Shown: piece by piece, positions 63,612 to 64,000 of the stretch | Numbering within the stretch: the first letter of the stretch is position 1 | Layout of the letters: each line of letters starts with the position of its first letter | DNA from: Candidatus Adlerbacteria bacterium | GTDB lineage: Bacteria; Patescibacteriota; Minisyncoccia; Phycocordibacterales; SBAW01 | DNA: 64,000 nt | Direction: 5' to 3' | Assembly: GCA_027451965.1 (NCBI GenBank) | Contig: DAIDHJ010000001.1 | Coordinates: 23,639-87,638 of the forward strand | Made by a program: the position numbers and the translations under genes | Notes under the pieces: model-generated | Database searches by the model: none | Seen by the model: only the letters and a program-made list of their open reading frames with translations | What the model was told of the DNA's origin: nothing

Positions 63612-64000
63612 ATGGCGCTTTCAGACAAACAAATTCTGGCTGCAATCAAAAAAGGTGACATCGTGATTGAGCCGTTTGTCCGTGCCAACCTCTCCACCTC
63701 CAGCTATGACGTAACTCTGGGAGAGTATTTTTTTGCCGAACAGCACCCTCCTCATTTTGAAAATCTCTACAATATATACGACAAGAAGCATGTTGATCGT
63801 GTCTGGGGCACCAAACCGCTGAAAGCGAAGCCCGCTCGTGAAATTCTTAAAAATTACCAGTTTGATTTTCACGGTATCGGACCGGAAGAGCATATTATTC
63901 TGTTGGCACCGGGAGAGACTATTCTCGCGCATACTCAGGAATTTATCGGCGGCAAGGATCACATTACGACCATGATGAAAGCGCGATCCTCATTGGGTCG
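63612..64000 (+). CDS. dcd: dCTP deaminase family protein (N-terminal part; continues beyond window end)
   Basis: MALSDKQILAAIKKGDIVIEPF...SYDVTLG matches the dCTP deaminase/dUTPase-fold N-terminus. Not in the ORF track because no stop codon falls within the window. Confidence 0.7.
   Translation, partial: MALSDKQILAAIKKGDIVIEPFVRANLSTSSYDVTLGEYFFAEQHPPHFENLYNIYDKKHVDRVWGTKPLKAKPAREILKNYQFDFHGIGPEEHIILLAPGETILAHTQEFIGGKDHITTMMKARSSLG

Overview
This window is a densely packed bacterial chromosome segment, almost entirely on the minus strand. Its gene content and organisation look like a small-genome Patescibacteria/CPR-type organism, but that is inference and no taxonomic call is possible from sequence alone.

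Main content, in window order:
- A polysaccharide/glycan biosynthesis operon (1..8762, minus): partial wecB, a sugar C-methyltransferase, GT4 glycosyltransferases, a NodB deacetylase, an NAD-dependent epimerase, a truncated nucleotide-sugar dehydrogenase and a tandem-GT4 fusion.
- A 16S rRNA followed by tRNA-Ile(GAT) and tRNA-Leu(CAG).
- A long ribosomal-protein operon, rplC through rplO, then secY-gmk-adk-map. L30 is absent and no rpsJ precedes rplC.
- secDF, folD, a polyprenyl-phosphate sugar transferase, a divergent GT4, and a SEDS-family protein (RodA/FtsW).
- A separate 23S-5S locus about 20 kb from the 16S. Its 23S carries a roughly 290-nt ORF-less insertion exactly at the classical group I intron site L2593.
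- rplJL with leader, a TPR membrane protein, and a 1153-aa secreted protein with a peptidoglycan-binding domain.
- A plus-strand ftsK-hyp-recA operon, an ECF sigma factor pair, efp, and a long minus-strand housekeeping super-operon (tmk-glyA-argS-ileS-recO-surface protein-glyQS-AI-2E permease-metG-tatD-rpsF-ssb-rpsR).

Most notable observations:
1. The IleRS gene contains an embedded, apparently intact histidine-phosphatase (PGAM-like) domain.
2. The 16S 3' terminus has an intact helix 45 but no CCUCC anti-Shine-Dalgarno, plus an unusually long structured trailer. Sampled gene starts lack Shine-Dalgarno motifs.
3. The 23S carries a putative group I intron at L2593.
4. The rRNA genes are unlinked, with a tRNA-Leu in the usual tRNA-Ala slot.
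5. There are large Thr/Ser-rich surface proteins.

No CRISPR array, transposon, prophage or toxin-antitoxin module was recognised. All functional calls rest on conserved motifs I recognise in the translated ORFs; no database search was possible.
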